Positions 9,389 through 18,758 are shown, numbered from the stretch's first letter. The stretch: 64,000 nt of DNA from an uncultured Candidatus Saccharibacteria bacterium (GCA_963548005.1 CAUUSW010000006.1:6562-70561); one strand, 5' to 3'. Notes: generated by a model not told the origin, from the sequence alone. Made by a program: numbers and translations.

Positions 9389-9728
9389 CAGCCTACCGAT
9401 AAGCCGGGTTCTGTCGCGAGCGATCATCTATCTAGTTTACCTGTTGCCAGATAAATCAAGCGGTTATCGGCCTACGAGCGGACAACTCATTTGTAGGCCT
9501 CCTTGCAGTCGACAGGGTTTACCTCTCCTCTGTGTCACCACCGAGGACTGTAAGCTCTTACCTTACTCGTTTCACCTTTTCCTTTGTGTCTATCGCCACA
9601 AAGGTAGTTTTGTTTCTGTGGCACTTTCCCTAGGGTTACCCCCGGTCGCCGTTAGCGACTGTCGGTGTCCTTTACTGCCCGGACTTTCCTCTTGGCTTCA
9701 CCGCCAAGCGATCGCTTAGTAGACTGCC
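9388..9728 (-). ncRNA. rnpB: RNase P RNA
   Basis: Minus strand GAGGAAAGTCCGGGC near 5' end and ACAGAACCCGGCTTATC near 3' end; TATAAT at 9734-9739. Confidence 0.96.
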
Positions 9729-9748
9729 CTATTATTATACATCATAAA

Positions 9749-9890
9749 AGCCCCAAGCAGTGCAAGCACGTGATATTCCCCCGCATAGATGCAAGGTGGG
9801 TATCCGCAACCAGTCACCACGATGACTGACCATTAGGACTCCCTATCATATGATGTTAGGAAAATCATATGCGCCCGCCTACCTGAGGCT
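9749..9890 (-). ncRNA. ssrS: Probable 6S RNA (short, 142 nt)
   Basis: 12-bp closing helix AGCCTCAGGTAG/CTGCTTGGGGCT then UUUU. Internal GGGAGTCC...GGATACCCACCT resembles the Firmicutes 6S core. TATAAT at 9897-9902. Confidence 0.7.
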
Positions 9891-9897
9891 ATCTCTA

Positions 9898-10545
9898 TTA
9901 TACACCAAAAATCACGCAAAAGAATTGGATAATACCGTTCGTAGCAAACGTTATAATTCGCCCAATTGCCGCCTGTCCAATCATAATGATAATGAACACC
10001 ACCATTACCCCGTAGCGCTCAATCCACTCCATGCCACGGCGCACACCCTCTGGAGCAAGCGCGTACAGCACCCGCGACCCATCAAGTGGTGGCAGCGGCA
10101 ACATATTAAACACGAAAAAACCTAAATTAACCAACACGACGAGGCTAATGATTTGCCCCACTAATGTATTTTGAATCAGCCCGCCGCTAGTAATAACCCC
10201 GCTGACGACACCCACGCCAAACGCTAAAAACGCTAAAAACAAATTAGTCAGTGGCCCAGCGAGCGCTATAAACGCTGCACCCCATTCACCGTGACGCACA
10301 CGCCGAGGATTAAATGGCACCGGCCGAGCACCACCAAAAATTGGCAGCCCCAACACAGCCAGCAATAGTGGCAATAAAAGCGTCATGAATGGATCAATAT
10401 GCTTCAGCGGGTTTAACGTCAGCCGCCCCTCCGCCTTGGCTGTGTCATCTCCAAGGAAATAGCCCATAAACGCATGCATCGCCTCGTGGAGCGTCATTGA
10501 GACGAGAATGACCACCAAGACCATACCTAAATATGCCAAATCCAT
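9898..10545 (-). CDS. Site-2 protease family (M50) membrane metalloprotease
   Basis: HEAMH, AGPLTN, FNMLPLPPLDG motifs. Confidence 0.92.
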   Translation of the reverse strand: MDLAYLGMVLVVILVSMTLHEAMHAFMGYFLGDDTAKAEGRLTLNPLKHIDPFMTLLLPLLLAVLGLPIFGGARPVPFNPRRVRHGEWGAAFIALAGPLTNLFLAFLAFGVGVVSGVITSGGLIQNTLVGQIISLVVLVNLGFFVFNMLPLPPLDGSRVLYALAPEGVRRGMEWIERYGVMVVFIIIMIGQAAIGRIITFATNGIIQFFCVIFGV

Positions 10546-10634
10546 AATTACCATTATAACACCTTGACTAATTATAGAAATACCGCTACAATACGATAGA
10601 TTGTTTAGTTAATTAATATAAAGCGAGGTTGGAA

Positions 10635-10850
10635 ATGGCATCACGATGCGAACTAACCGGCAAAGGCAAGCAACACGGTCACAACGTTAGCTTTTCCCTT
10701 CGCCGCACCAAGCGCACTTTTAAGCCAAACCTACAGAAGAAAACTCTTGTAGTAGATGGTCAAAAAGTCACGTTGGTTCTGAGTACTCAAGCAATTCGTA
10801 CTCTTAAAAAGAAAGGGTTGTTACGCCCAGTGCAGACAAAAACCGCCTAA
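10635..10850 (+). CDS. rpmB: 50S ribosomal protein L28
   Basis: MASRCELTGK..GHNVSFS.RRTKRTFKPNLQ. Confidence 0.96.
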   Translation: MASRCELTGKGKQHGHNVSFSLRRTKRTFKPNLQKKTLVVDGQKVTLVLSTQAIRTLKKKGLLRPVQTKTA

Positions 10851-10854
10851 GCTC

Positions 10855-10884
10855 AATCCCCCTCCTGACAAGGAGGGGGATTAT
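10855..10884. terminator. Bidirectional terminator
   Basis: AATCCCCCTCCT/AGGAGGGGGATT between convergent genes. Confidence 0.8.
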
Positions 10885-10905
10885 TAGTGCAACGTATCGA
10901 CCAGC

Positions 10906-11544
10906 CTAGCTCCGCGCGACAGTAATGATTGATAGTTGTTCAGGTAAAGATGCCACCCCCTTCACCTTCCACTTTGGCCCAGCGTCAATAGCCTCCACGC
11001 CCATTTCGCTAACAAACACCGACAGGTCGTCTTGCGGCACTTCGTAGTGTAGCGCGCCATCAGCATAATGCACTGGGATAACTACTTTCGGCTCCAGCTG
11101 GCGTACCATATGAGCCGCAGATGTTGCGTCAAGCGTGTAACCACCACCGCCAACCGGTATCACAACAATATCAACGACACCAATCTCCTCTAGCTGAGAC
11201 TCTGACAATTTTGGGGCAACGTTACCTATAACCACAACACGCACACCGCCAATTGTTAAACGGTAAATCGTTGATTTTTTAACATCAGTTTCCGTATCAA
11301 TGTGTCGCCAGGCTGCCACCCCTTTCAGAGATACGTCGCCGACCTCATATTCACCCGGACCGCTGAAGAGTAACCGTGGTGTTACATTACTTGCGGCAAA
11401 TCTATCCTCTGACAATATCTCAACATCCTGCCCCCCGAGATTATCCTTAAGACCAACCAGCGATAACGCTGGATCAAACGCAATTTTTACCATTTTCGTT
11501 GTAAAAATAACATTATTTGCACCTTTGTATTCTACTTCAAACAT
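10906..11544 (-). CDS. MBL-fold metallo-hydrolase-like protein (degenerate metal motif)
   Basis: GPGEYEV, DIVVIPVGGG.YT, LEPKVVIPVHY; no HxHxDH. Confidence 0.8.
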   Translation of the reverse strand: MFEVEYKGANNVIFTTKMVKIAFDPALSLVGLKDNLGGQDVEILSEDRFAASNVTPRLLFSGPGEYEVGDVSLKGVAAWRHIDTETDVKKSTIYRLTIGGVRVVVIGNVAPKLSESQLEEIGVVDIVVIPVGGGGYTLDATSAAHMVRQLEPKVVIPVHYADGALHYEVPQDDLSVFVSEMGVEAIDAGPKWKVKGVASLPEQLSIITVARS

Positions 11545-11554
11545 ATACGTCTCC

Positions 11555-12145
11555 TTATCCTAGTATGCTCTCTGCGTCTACCACAACCGAGTGCTTACTA
11601 TTCATTATTTCCATCACAAACTTATCTCTAACGCTCAGACGATAGTAAAAATCATCATAGCTCATTACAGCATAATTCAGCTCTCTCCCCTCGGCTTTTT
11701 CAATTTTCTTAATGGCGACACCAACTCTCGACTCCGATAGTCGACCAACTAACAGTATATCAACCCGACTCGTCGATCCACGCACTAACGCACCGGCAAC
11801 TATAGCGATCTTCAGCCCGGACAGCCGAGCAATATCGCCCACCCACGGTATACTGTTCTTTTTGTTATGGTCGGTTTGCTCACTCGGTCGCTCATCAGCA
11901 AAAATCATCTTTAGTGGCGTGAAGTATGCATACTGCTGATTCGCAGCGTAATACAATTTATTGTCATAATTATTCGAAACAATGACTCCGACTCTGAGCA
12001 TATTTGATAGTTCACGCCGCACCGAGTTAATTTGCTCGCCGATCAATCGCGTAATCTCTCTAACATAAAACGATTTTTCAGGGTTCGCTAAAAACAGGTG
12101 TAGTAACTTCACCCTCGTCTTTGAGCCAAATAGCGCGTCAATCAT
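11555..12145 (-). CDS. Winged-helix protein fused to nucleotidyltransferase-like fold
   Basis: LFGSKTRVKLL..FYVREITR..NSVRRELSNM HTH; C-terminal GALVRG..VDILLVG..GRELNY. Confidence 0.75.
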   Translation of the reverse strand: MIDALFGSKTRVKLLHLFLANPEKSFYVREITRLIGEQINSVRRELSNMLRVGVIVSNNYDNKLYYAANQQYAYFTPLKMIFADERPSEQTDHNKKNSIPWVGDIARLSGLKIAIVAGALVRGSTSRVDILLVGRLSESRVGVAIKKIEKAEGRELNYAVMSYDDFYYRLSVRDKFVMEIMNSKHSVVVDAESILG

Positions 12146-12169
12146 GTACTAGAAATTGTACCATAAATT

Positions 12170-13054
12170 TTACGCCTGAGCCAAAAGTTGTGACAAATAG
12201 TGTTCAGCAGAGTCAAGCGTCGCCCACATGATAAACGGGTTACGCCGCAGCCACGTCATCTGTCGCTTCGCCAACTGCCAATCAGCTACAACAAATTGCC
12301 GCTTTAATTCACTTTCGGTAATATTTTTATTCAAAAACTCTCGAACCAACGGATAGACATTACCTGTCATGGCCTCATTATCCCAGCCATATTTTCGACT
12401 TAATCGTATTGCCTCATCCACAACATTATTTGAAAAAAGTTGTTCAGATCTGAGCATAATTCTTGTTCGTAATATTTCCTTATTTGTTGCTATACCTACA
12501 ACGATACTATTATCTCTAGTCATAAAGTTATATCTGTTATTTTTACTTTTTTGTTCAATAGCACGTATAAGATAGCGTTTATTCTTGTTATTCTCTGGTA
12601 ATTTTATGTTGTATTTATAACAATAATATTGTAGTTCGGCTACTGTCCTTTTTTCTAGCTCACGCCGTAAAGCAGAATCAGGAGGATCTCCAAATTGAAA
12701 ATTAAAAATTACCGCATCAATATAGAGACCCGTGCCGCCGACAAGAAATGGTAACCGCCCCCGAGAGCGAATCTCACTTATTTTTTGCAGAGCATACTCC
12801 TTGAACTGTGCGGCGCTAAATGTCTCGCCCGGACTAACTAAATCAAGGCCCCAATGAGGCACTGCTTCTCGCTCATCCCTGGTTGGCTTTGCCGTGCCAA
12901 TATTCATATCTCGATATATTGTCCTACTATCGGCACAGACTATTTCACCATTATATTGTTTCGCCAAATGGATCGCTAACGAGGTTTTGCCGCTAGCAGT
13001 TGGCCCCGTAATAACAACTAGCGGTAATTTTGCTTTTATAGTTTCGGTCGCCAT
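12170..13054 (-). CDS. miaA: tRNA dimethylallyltransferase
   Basis: GPTASGKT, ADSRTIYRDMNIGTAKP, VGGTGLYI, AKRQMTW. Confidence 0.95.
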   Translation of the reverse strand: MATETIKAKLPLVVITGPTASGKTSLAIHLAKQYNGEIVCADSRTIYRDMNIGTAKPTRDEREAVPHWGLDLVSPGETFSAAQFKEYALQKISEIRSRGRLPFLVGGTGLYIDAVIFNFQFGDPPDSALRRELEKRTVAELQYYCYKYNIKLPENNKNKRYLIRAIEQKSKNNRYNFMTRDNSIVVGIATNKEILRTRIMLRSEQLFSNNVVDEAIRLSRKYGWDNEAMTGNVYPLVREFLNKNITESELKRQFVVADWQLAKRQMTWLRRNPFIMWATLDSAEHYLSQLLAQA

Positions 13055-13359
13055 CGTCGCTCCTCAAAATCAACTATCCGCCACCTCTCATCACAATAAA
13101 TACCGTCTTGCTCAAGTAACTGCTTCTGTGCATCCTGCCCGCCCGGAAAGCCGACAGCCAAGCCACCCTTCGCATTCACGAGACGGTGCCAGGGTAAATT
13201 TTCCGGGCCACCGTGCGCTATGCCACCCACAATTCGTGCTGCATATGGATGTCCAGACAGCGCAGCCAGGTCACCGTATGTAGTCACCTTATTATCAGGC
13301 AGCTGTGCCATAAGAGTATAAACCCGGTCTCGCAGGCTAGCTACTGGCAATTCGCTCAA
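13036..13359 (-). CDS. Alkyltransferase-like (MGMT/Atl family) DNA-binding protein
   Basis: TYGDLA, ARIVG, PWHRLVN (Trp in place of catalytic Cys). Confidence 0.88.
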   Translation of the reverse strand: MSELPVASLRDRVYTLMAQLPDNKVTTYGDLAALSGHPYAARIVGGIAHGGPENLPWHRLVNAKGGLAVGFPGGQDAQKQLLEQDGIYCDERWRIVDFEERRWRPKL

Positions 13360-13951
13360 TTTCTACCTCTACTTCTGACCACGAATGGCATCGCACCACT
13401 CTATCCGGCAAGTTATCTGCCCGATTCCAGGTATAATCACCAAATAAGATGGCATTACGACCAGTTTCAGAAACAGCTAGACAATGTTTCAACTGATCAT
13501 CAATTAAAATATCAGCATTAATTTGCGTGATTAACTCTGTCTTGGTTAGTTTATGAGAGTTCTTGTGCACTGTGTCCCATAGACCAGAGAAATAGACCGC
13601 AGAACTGGCAAAAATCCCTGGAAAATGCTCCTCAATCCACAGTAACGTGTCGCTTTGAGCCTGCAAGCGACGCGAAGTAGCGATCATGAGATGATGCATC
13701 TGCGACATATTCCTAAGCGCCTCCTCCGCCCCCCCTACATGTGCATATCCCTTTATTATACCAGAATCATGAAAGATACGGGCACGCCGCTCTGCTTCCT
13801 CGCTGTCAACATGCCACATCTCTGACCAATGTTCACTATAGTCATCAACACTCAACCGTGTACCCCACCGTTCATTACTAAACGCTACAAACCCGATTGC
13901 ATTTTCTGCTAGAACATCGTCGATATCAATTGCAATTCTTAGCCTACGCAC
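13337..13951 (-). CDS. HAD-family 5'(3')-deoxyribonucleotidase-like protein
   Basis: IAIDIDDVL, ATSR, ILIDD, WN; GTG start 4 nt after thrS stop. Confidence 0.82.
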   Translation of the reverse strand: MRRLRIAIDIDDVLAENAIGFVAFSNERWGTRLSVDDYSEHWSEMWHVDSEEAERRARIFHDSGIIKGYAHVGGAEEALRNMSQMHHLMIATSRRLQAQSDTLLWIEEHFPGIFASSAVYFSGLWDTVHKNSHKLTKTELITQINADILIDDQLKHCLAVSETGRNAILFGDYTWNRADNLPDRVVRCHSWSEVEVEIERIASS

Positions 13952-13955
13952 AAGA

Positions 13956-15767
13956 TTACAGTCCCCGTACATACTCAGCTAGCTGTTCAAGCGGAATTTG
14001 CTCTTCACCCGCATGCGTCCTGATGCTTACGACACGTGCTATCTGATCCTTTGGCCCAACAATAATCTGTATTGGTATTTTTACAACAGTCGCCTCACGA
14101 ATCTTTTTCCCGAGGGATTCATTACGACTATCTATTGTAAATCTTACATCGTTGTATTTTATTGGTTTCATTAAGGTCACCTCTGATAAAATCGATGTAA
14201 TTTCATCAACATAGTCTGAGACGGTGTCATTAATCGTTAGAATGCGTACTTGTTCTGGCGCCGCCCAAAACGGGAACCAGCCACCCGTGTGTTCAATGAA
14301 GACACTCAAGAATCGTTCAATCGACCCGAGCAGCGCACAGTGAATCATCACAGGTGTTGTAAAATTACCATCGCTCTCTGTGTACTCTAAGCCGAACCGT
14401 TGCGGCTGCACGAAATCCAGTTGCACCGTCGCAACTTGGTGCTCACGGCCAATAGCGTCAGTCGCCATAAAGTCAATCTTTGGACCATAAAAGGCGGCCT
14501 CACCTTCCTGCTCAAAATAGTCCAAACCAACTTTTTCAACGGCTGATTTCAACTGATTTTGTGCGGAAACCCACAGCTCACGTTCGCCCAAATATGCATC
14601 AGAATCATCGCGATAACTCAGTCGAACCCGCAGTTTCATATCAATAGTACCGTACAATTCCTGGGCAGCGGACAGCAAATTATTGATCTCTTGCTCAATT
14701 TGATCTGGACGACAGAAAACATGACTATCGTCCTGGGTTAATGAGCGCACGCGATTCAGACCACCAAGCTCACCGGTTTTCTCGTCACGATAATCAGTGG
14801 TCGTCTCCAAGTAGCGCACCGGCATATCGCGGTAGCTACGAGGTTGTGAAGCAAAAATCTGCGTATGGTGCGGGCAGTTCATCGGCTTTAACGCCATTTC
14901 ATCACTGGTTTCCTGACTTTTAACCAAAAACAGCTCTTCGCCAAATTTGGCCCAGTGGCCCGACGTTTCATACAGATCCTTTTTGGTAATATGCGGCGTC
15001 CAGACTTTTTCAAAACCAAACCTCTGACGCAGCTGATTTGAGTATTGGGCCACGATATCACGCAGAACAGTTCCACGAGGTGTAAATAACGGCAGGCCTA
15101 CACCCACTAACGGTGAGGTTGTATATAGATCAAGTTCCCCGCCTAGCTTTCGGTGATCACGCTGTTTGGCTAGCTCTAGCTTCTCTAAATATTCATCCAG
15201 TTCTTCCTGTGTAGCAAACGCCACACCGTATAATCGCTGCATTTGAGGATTCTTTTCATTACCACGCCAATAGGCGCCTGCAACTCGCATCAGCTTAAAC
15301 GCACCAATCTCACTGGTATTTGCAACATGCGGTCCACGACACAGATCCTTAAACGACCCGTTAGTATAAAACGAAACTTCATCAAGCGCACTATCACCTT
15401 CAGCAATTGTACCCATTTCTGTAGCGTCCAGATCTTTTGCTACCGTTGTCCCGGCACGTTTTAGGTCATTAAGGAGTTCTTCTTTATACGGCTGATGGCT
15501 GTCTTTGGCCCATTGAATTGCTTCATCAATCGGGCATTTTGTGCACACAAAATCTTGCTTTTCGGCAATGATCCGTCGCATTACCTTTTCAATTTTATTG
15601 AACTGCTGCTCACTGATCTTCGTTTCACCAAGATCAATATCGTAATAAAACCCATGCTCAACGACCGGACCGACTCCGAATTTGGCGCCTGGCCATACCC
15701 GCTGCACAGCCGCCGCCATAATATGCGCCAAGCTGTGTCGCATTGCATAGAGTTTATCTTCGCTCAT
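13956..15767 (-). CDS. thrS: Threonine--tRNA ligase
   Basis: RHSLAH, DLCRGPHV, RDHRKLG, KPMNCPHH, AFYGPKID; AAGGAGG RBS before ATG 15767. Confidence 0.97.
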   Translation of the reverse strand: MSEDKLYAMRHSLAHIMAAAVQRVWPGAKFGVGPVVEHGFYYDIDLGETKISEQQFNKIEKVMRRIIAEKQDFVCTKCPIDEAIQWAKDSHQPYKEELLNDLKRAGTTVAKDLDATEMGTIAEGDSALDEVSFYTNGSFKDLCRGPHVANTSEIGAFKLMRVAGAYWRGNEKNPQMQRLYGVAFATQEELDEYLEKLELAKQRDHRKLGGELDLYTTSPLVGVGLPLFTPRGTVLRDIVAQYSNQLRQRFGFEKVWTPHITKKDLYETSGHWAKFGEELFLVKSQETSDEMALKPMNCPHHTQIFASQPRSYRDMPVRYLETTTDYRDEKTGELGGLNRVRSLTQDDSHVFCRPDQIEQEINNLLSAAQELYGTIDMKLRVRLSYRDDSDAYLGERELWVSAQNQLKSAVEKVGLDYFEQEGEAAFYGPKIDFMATDAIGREHQVATVQLDFVQPQRFGLEYTESDGNFTTPVMIHCALLGSIERFLSVFIEHTGGWFPFWAAPEQVRILTINDTVSDYVDEITSILSEVTLMKPIKYNDVRFTIDSRNESLGKKIREATVVKIPIQIIVGPKDQIARVVSIRTHAGEEQIPLEQLAEYVRGL

Positions 15768-15790
15768 AAAACCTCCTTTTAAGTAATTAT

Positions 15791-15942
15791 AAAAGCACGC
15801 CCAACGCATATAGCGTGCGTGCCTCGGTCCTGGGGACGAGCCAGGAGGTTCCACCTTGGCGATGACTCTTGCTCCGGCTGGTTTCGTGCGCCGCAACCGC
15901 TTTCACGTTGCTCGAGAGGTGGTTAGTCTCTGTCTTCGCTAC
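15791..15942 (-). promoter_or_regulatory. T-box riboswitch leader of thrS with very short stem I and intrinsic terminator
   Basis: AAGG-TGGAACC T-box bulge (15847-15853). Stem AGAG-ACTAACCAC-CTCT has Thr codon ACC in its loop. GCACGC...GCGTGC-TTTT terminator precedes the RBS. Confidence 0.7.
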
Positions 15943-16106
15943 TCTCACCGTAGCATAGTTAAAAGTTCCGGGCAACCCTTACGACGCATAGACTAGGTAG
16001 CGGATTCGTAATACTACACCAAGAAACGACGTGACGGCCAACCCCTACACTCTCCGCAAGAGGTAATTGCATTCACCACTAATTCCTGCTATTATTGATG
16101 ATAGTC

Positions 16107-16183
16107 GGGCGATTAGCTCATTTGGCTAGAGCGCTTCATTGACGTTGAAGAGGTGAGAGGTTCGAATCCTCTATTGCCCACCA
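16107..16183 (+). tRNA. tRNA-Val(GAC)
   Basis: Cloverleaf; anticodon arm CTTCA-TTGACGT-TGAAG; GGTTCGAATCC; CCA end. Confidence 0.95.
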
Positions 16184-16194
16184 TTATTGCATAC

Positions 16195-16219
16195 AACCCT
16201 CGCAGTACGGAGGGTTTTT
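16195..16219 (+). terminator. tRNA-Val terminator
   Basis: AACCCTC/GAGGGTT followed by T run. Confidence 0.7.
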
Positions 16220-16293
16220 AGTTTTTTCTATTTTACACATTTTCATATACTTTTCCACTAGTATTTTTTATAGCGATATGTCAATATATTGAT

Positions 16294-16758
16294 ATGATTT
16301 GTATAAATTGTTTTCACGATAAAACTACTACCAAAAACTCCCGCAAGCACACGAAACACCCCAGCGTCTGGCGGCGACGGTCCTGTCCAGAATGTGGCGC
16401 AGTCTTTACGACATACGAACGGGCTACGCTAGACGGGCGCATGGTGCTAACACACGACGGGTCAACCACCCCTTTCAATTTAGGAAAGCTCATCATAAGC
16501 ATTAGCCGTAGCTTTCAGCATAATAAGCATACTGCAGCACATGATAGCTACTTCCTTGCACAAACTGCGCAGGAACAGATTATCAAGCAAGGTAAGCCGC
16601 TATCTACACAAATCATCGCTCAAATAACACACATGATTCTCCAACGTTACGACCCAGTAGCAGCACTCCAGTACGCTGCCCAGCACCGACTCATCACTTC
16701 TCGGCGACGCGGGAGGCCTTCGACCGTTTACGTGCAGTCGCCTTCTGGCGAGCATTAA
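16294..16758 (+). CDS. nrdR: NrdR-like transcriptional regulator
   Basis: MICINC..NSR..WRRRSCPECGAVFTTYE zinc ribbon; divergent ATP-cone. Confidence 0.82.
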   Translation: MICINCFHDKTTTKNSRKHTKHPSVWRRRSCPECGAVFTTYERATLDGRMVLTHDGSTTPFNLGKLIISISRSFQHNKHTAAHDSYFLAQTAQEQIIKQGKPLSTQIIAQITHMILQRYDPVAALQYAAQHRLITSRRRGRPSTVYVQSPSGEH

Positions 16759-18376
16759 TCGCCGCTGTGGCTTTTTCGGTGACGTCAAACTTATCAAGAT
16801 ACCGCCCAACTAACAGACGGGTCTGTGCAGTGAATGCTGCGGCGGAGCTATAGACAATGGCCGTCACTGGCATCAGCACCCACTGCAAGAGCATCCAGAT
16901 ATTCCGGCGGCGCGTGTAGCGAATTGGACGTGACGGTAAAAGCTTGAAGGCACTAAAAATCGCTATCGCCATACCAATTAGCGCAATTTGCTGCAGCGTG
17001 CTCACCGTATCAGGCAATTGATGCGCGGCGACACTACGGGCGGCCTCGGCATTAATGATAAGTGGTACCCAGCCACCAAAAGCGATCAGAATTGAAACGC
17101 AGGCTAACGTCACGTGTCCATCAAGCAACCTGACAAATCGCGAAAAGCCAGCCCAAAATGGTACATTACGCTGCTTGGTAAAGACCCGTTCGCCAACATA
17201 CGCGACATCAGATGCTCCATACGCCCAGCGACGAAGCTGAATAAACTGCGCTTTGAGCGTTTTCATATACGTGGCTGACAATACCGCGTCTTGATAAATC
17301 GGTACATGGAGCGGCACGACCCCGTAGTTACCACCAAAATAGAAATAACTGCGCCAATATTGGTGACCATCTTCGACGATCGTTCGAACACTCCAGAAGT
17401 CCATCTCAACGAGCGCATCCATCGGCTGAGCATGTGAAGCAAAATTACGTAGCGAATGGGGGCGCATTGAGCTAATGATATTCCAAAATGAGTTACCCGT
17501 CGCGACCACACGCATCGGCGCCGGTACGTCCCAGATGTTACTAGTGAATAGACACACTGGTTGATACGAGTAGTGCTTACGGTCCTCGCGGACGATATAT
17601 TCGTATGTCAGGTAGTCAAAGTAGGTTTCATGTGGCTTGTTGTCACAATCCATCGTCGTAACAATAACGTTACTATACGGAATATGCTGCTCCTTGATCC
17701 ACCCCCTCAGCCAGCGCCCGGCATGCGTAATATTGCCACCCTTGCCGATCACCTCATTCGGAATGTCTTTTGGATGCTTGACAATGTGAAAGGCGTGAAA
17801 ATACTTGCCATAGCGTTTTTGTAGTGTCTTGGCAGTTGTGTCAATATCCTTACCGCCCCGCTCCTCATACGCAAACACCATAATCATATGTTTTTTGTCG
17901 TACGTAGTGGCAATCACCGATTGAATAGCTGGTTCAATTACCTCAATACTCTCATTATAGGCGGGCATGATAACCGCGTTATAAATTTCTGACGGCTTCG
18001 GGAAAAACCCTGGCTGCGCGGAAGCGATGAGGCGTACGTTTTCTTTATGCTGCGCAAAACCAACCTCCTTATGTCGTTGGTCGCGAATACGTGCATATAC
18101 CGCCTGTGCATCTTCAAGATCCTCAAGACGCGCATGCCAATCAATCAGACTCGCTTTATCCATTTTGGCGCGGCCAGCAACCATATGATACGTGATACCG
18201 ACAACGCGCACCATCATCGACAGAATAATGATGAGCAGATAGAGCGACGCGATCAGCGGGCTAAATATCGACAACACGATAAGAAGAATAACTGCGCCAT
18301 AGCTCAACAGACCCGGCAGGACCTCCAAGAATCGATAGAATGGCTTTCGTTTACCAAGTGGTATCTCTATATCCAT
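16694..18376 (-). CDS. Membrane glycosyltransferase, family 2
   Basis: IMPAYNE, GKGGN, MDCD, VEDG, QLRRW motifs with flanking TM helices. Confidence 0.9.
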   Translation of the reverse strand: MDIEIPLGKRKPFYRFLEVLPGLLSYGAVILLIVLSIFSPLIASLYLLIIILSMMVRVVGITYHMVAGRAKMDKASLIDWHARLEDLEDAQAVYARIRDQRHKEVGFAQHKENVRLIASAQPGFFPKPSEIYNAVIMPAYNESIEVIEPAIQSVIATTYDKKHMIMVFAYEERGGKDIDTTAKTLQKRYGKYFHAFHIVKHPKDIPNEVIGKGGNITHAGRWLRGWIKEQHIPYSNVIVTTMDCDNKPHETYFDYLTYEYIVREDRKHYSYQPVCLFTSNIWDVPAPMRVVATGNSFWNIISSMRPHSLRNFASHAQPMDALVEMDFWSVRTIVEDGHQYWRSYFYFGGNYGVVPLHVPIYQDAVLSATYMKTLKAQFIQLRRWAYGASDVAYVGERVFTKQRNVPFWAGFSRFVRLLDGHVTLACVSILIAFGGWVPLIINAEAARSVAAHQLPDTVSTLQQIALIGMAIAIFSAFKLLPSRPIRYTRRRNIWMLLQWVLMPVTAIVYSSAAAFTAQTRLLVGRYLDKFDVTEKATAAINARQKATARKRSKASRVAEK

Positions 18377-18380
18377 AACC

Positions 18381-18758
18381 CTACACCACCGACGCAATTA
18401 CGATTATTGAGTAGGCAAACAGTGCTAGCATAACTGATATAGCAATTGTGAACCAAAGGAACGCCAATGCTAAATCACGACGCTGGGCCGCAGCAAGCTT
18501 GGCACTCAACATAATGTGCCCAACCGTAATCATAAGCTGCAGCACGCCGTACGCCCAGAGCGAATACCAGTGACCACGGTATAGCCCCGTCACACTAAAC
18601 GCACTGTGCTGAACAATGACCTGAGTTTCTTTGGGCTTAATAGTAATAGCAAAGGAGATAATGATTACTAACGCCAGCAAGACATTAGCAACAACGAGAC
18701 CAAACAGCCAGCGATCTTTCATCATCTGTCGTAATGTGCTTGTGATATGCTTCTTCAT
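18381..18758 (-). CDS. Hypothetical 3-TM membrane protein
   Basis: 125-aa hydrophobic ORF between tRNA-Thr and the GT2 gene. Confidence 0.75.
   Translation of the reverse strand: MKKHITSTLRQMMKDRWLFGLVVANVLLALVIIISFAITIKPKETQVIVQHSAFSVTGLYRGHWYSLWAYGVLQLMITVGHIMLSAKLAAAQRRDLALAFLWFTIAISVMLALFAYSIIVIASVV

Larger units (their letters stand above)
5595..14165. repeat. Cluster 1 of dispersed 16-bp motif TGNWAWWWWTACAWCR
   Basis: Copies at 5595, 5658, 7977, 11497, 12488, 12607, 14073, 14136, 14150; 5593-5610 and 12605-12622 are identical over 18 bp. Confidence 0.75.

Noticed and set aside
9444..9719. 91-aa plus-strand ORF
   Set aside because: Antisense to RNase P RNA.
15768..15896. N-terminal extension of ThrRS in the ORF track
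   Set aside because: It is the T-box leader; a strong SD precedes ATG 15767.
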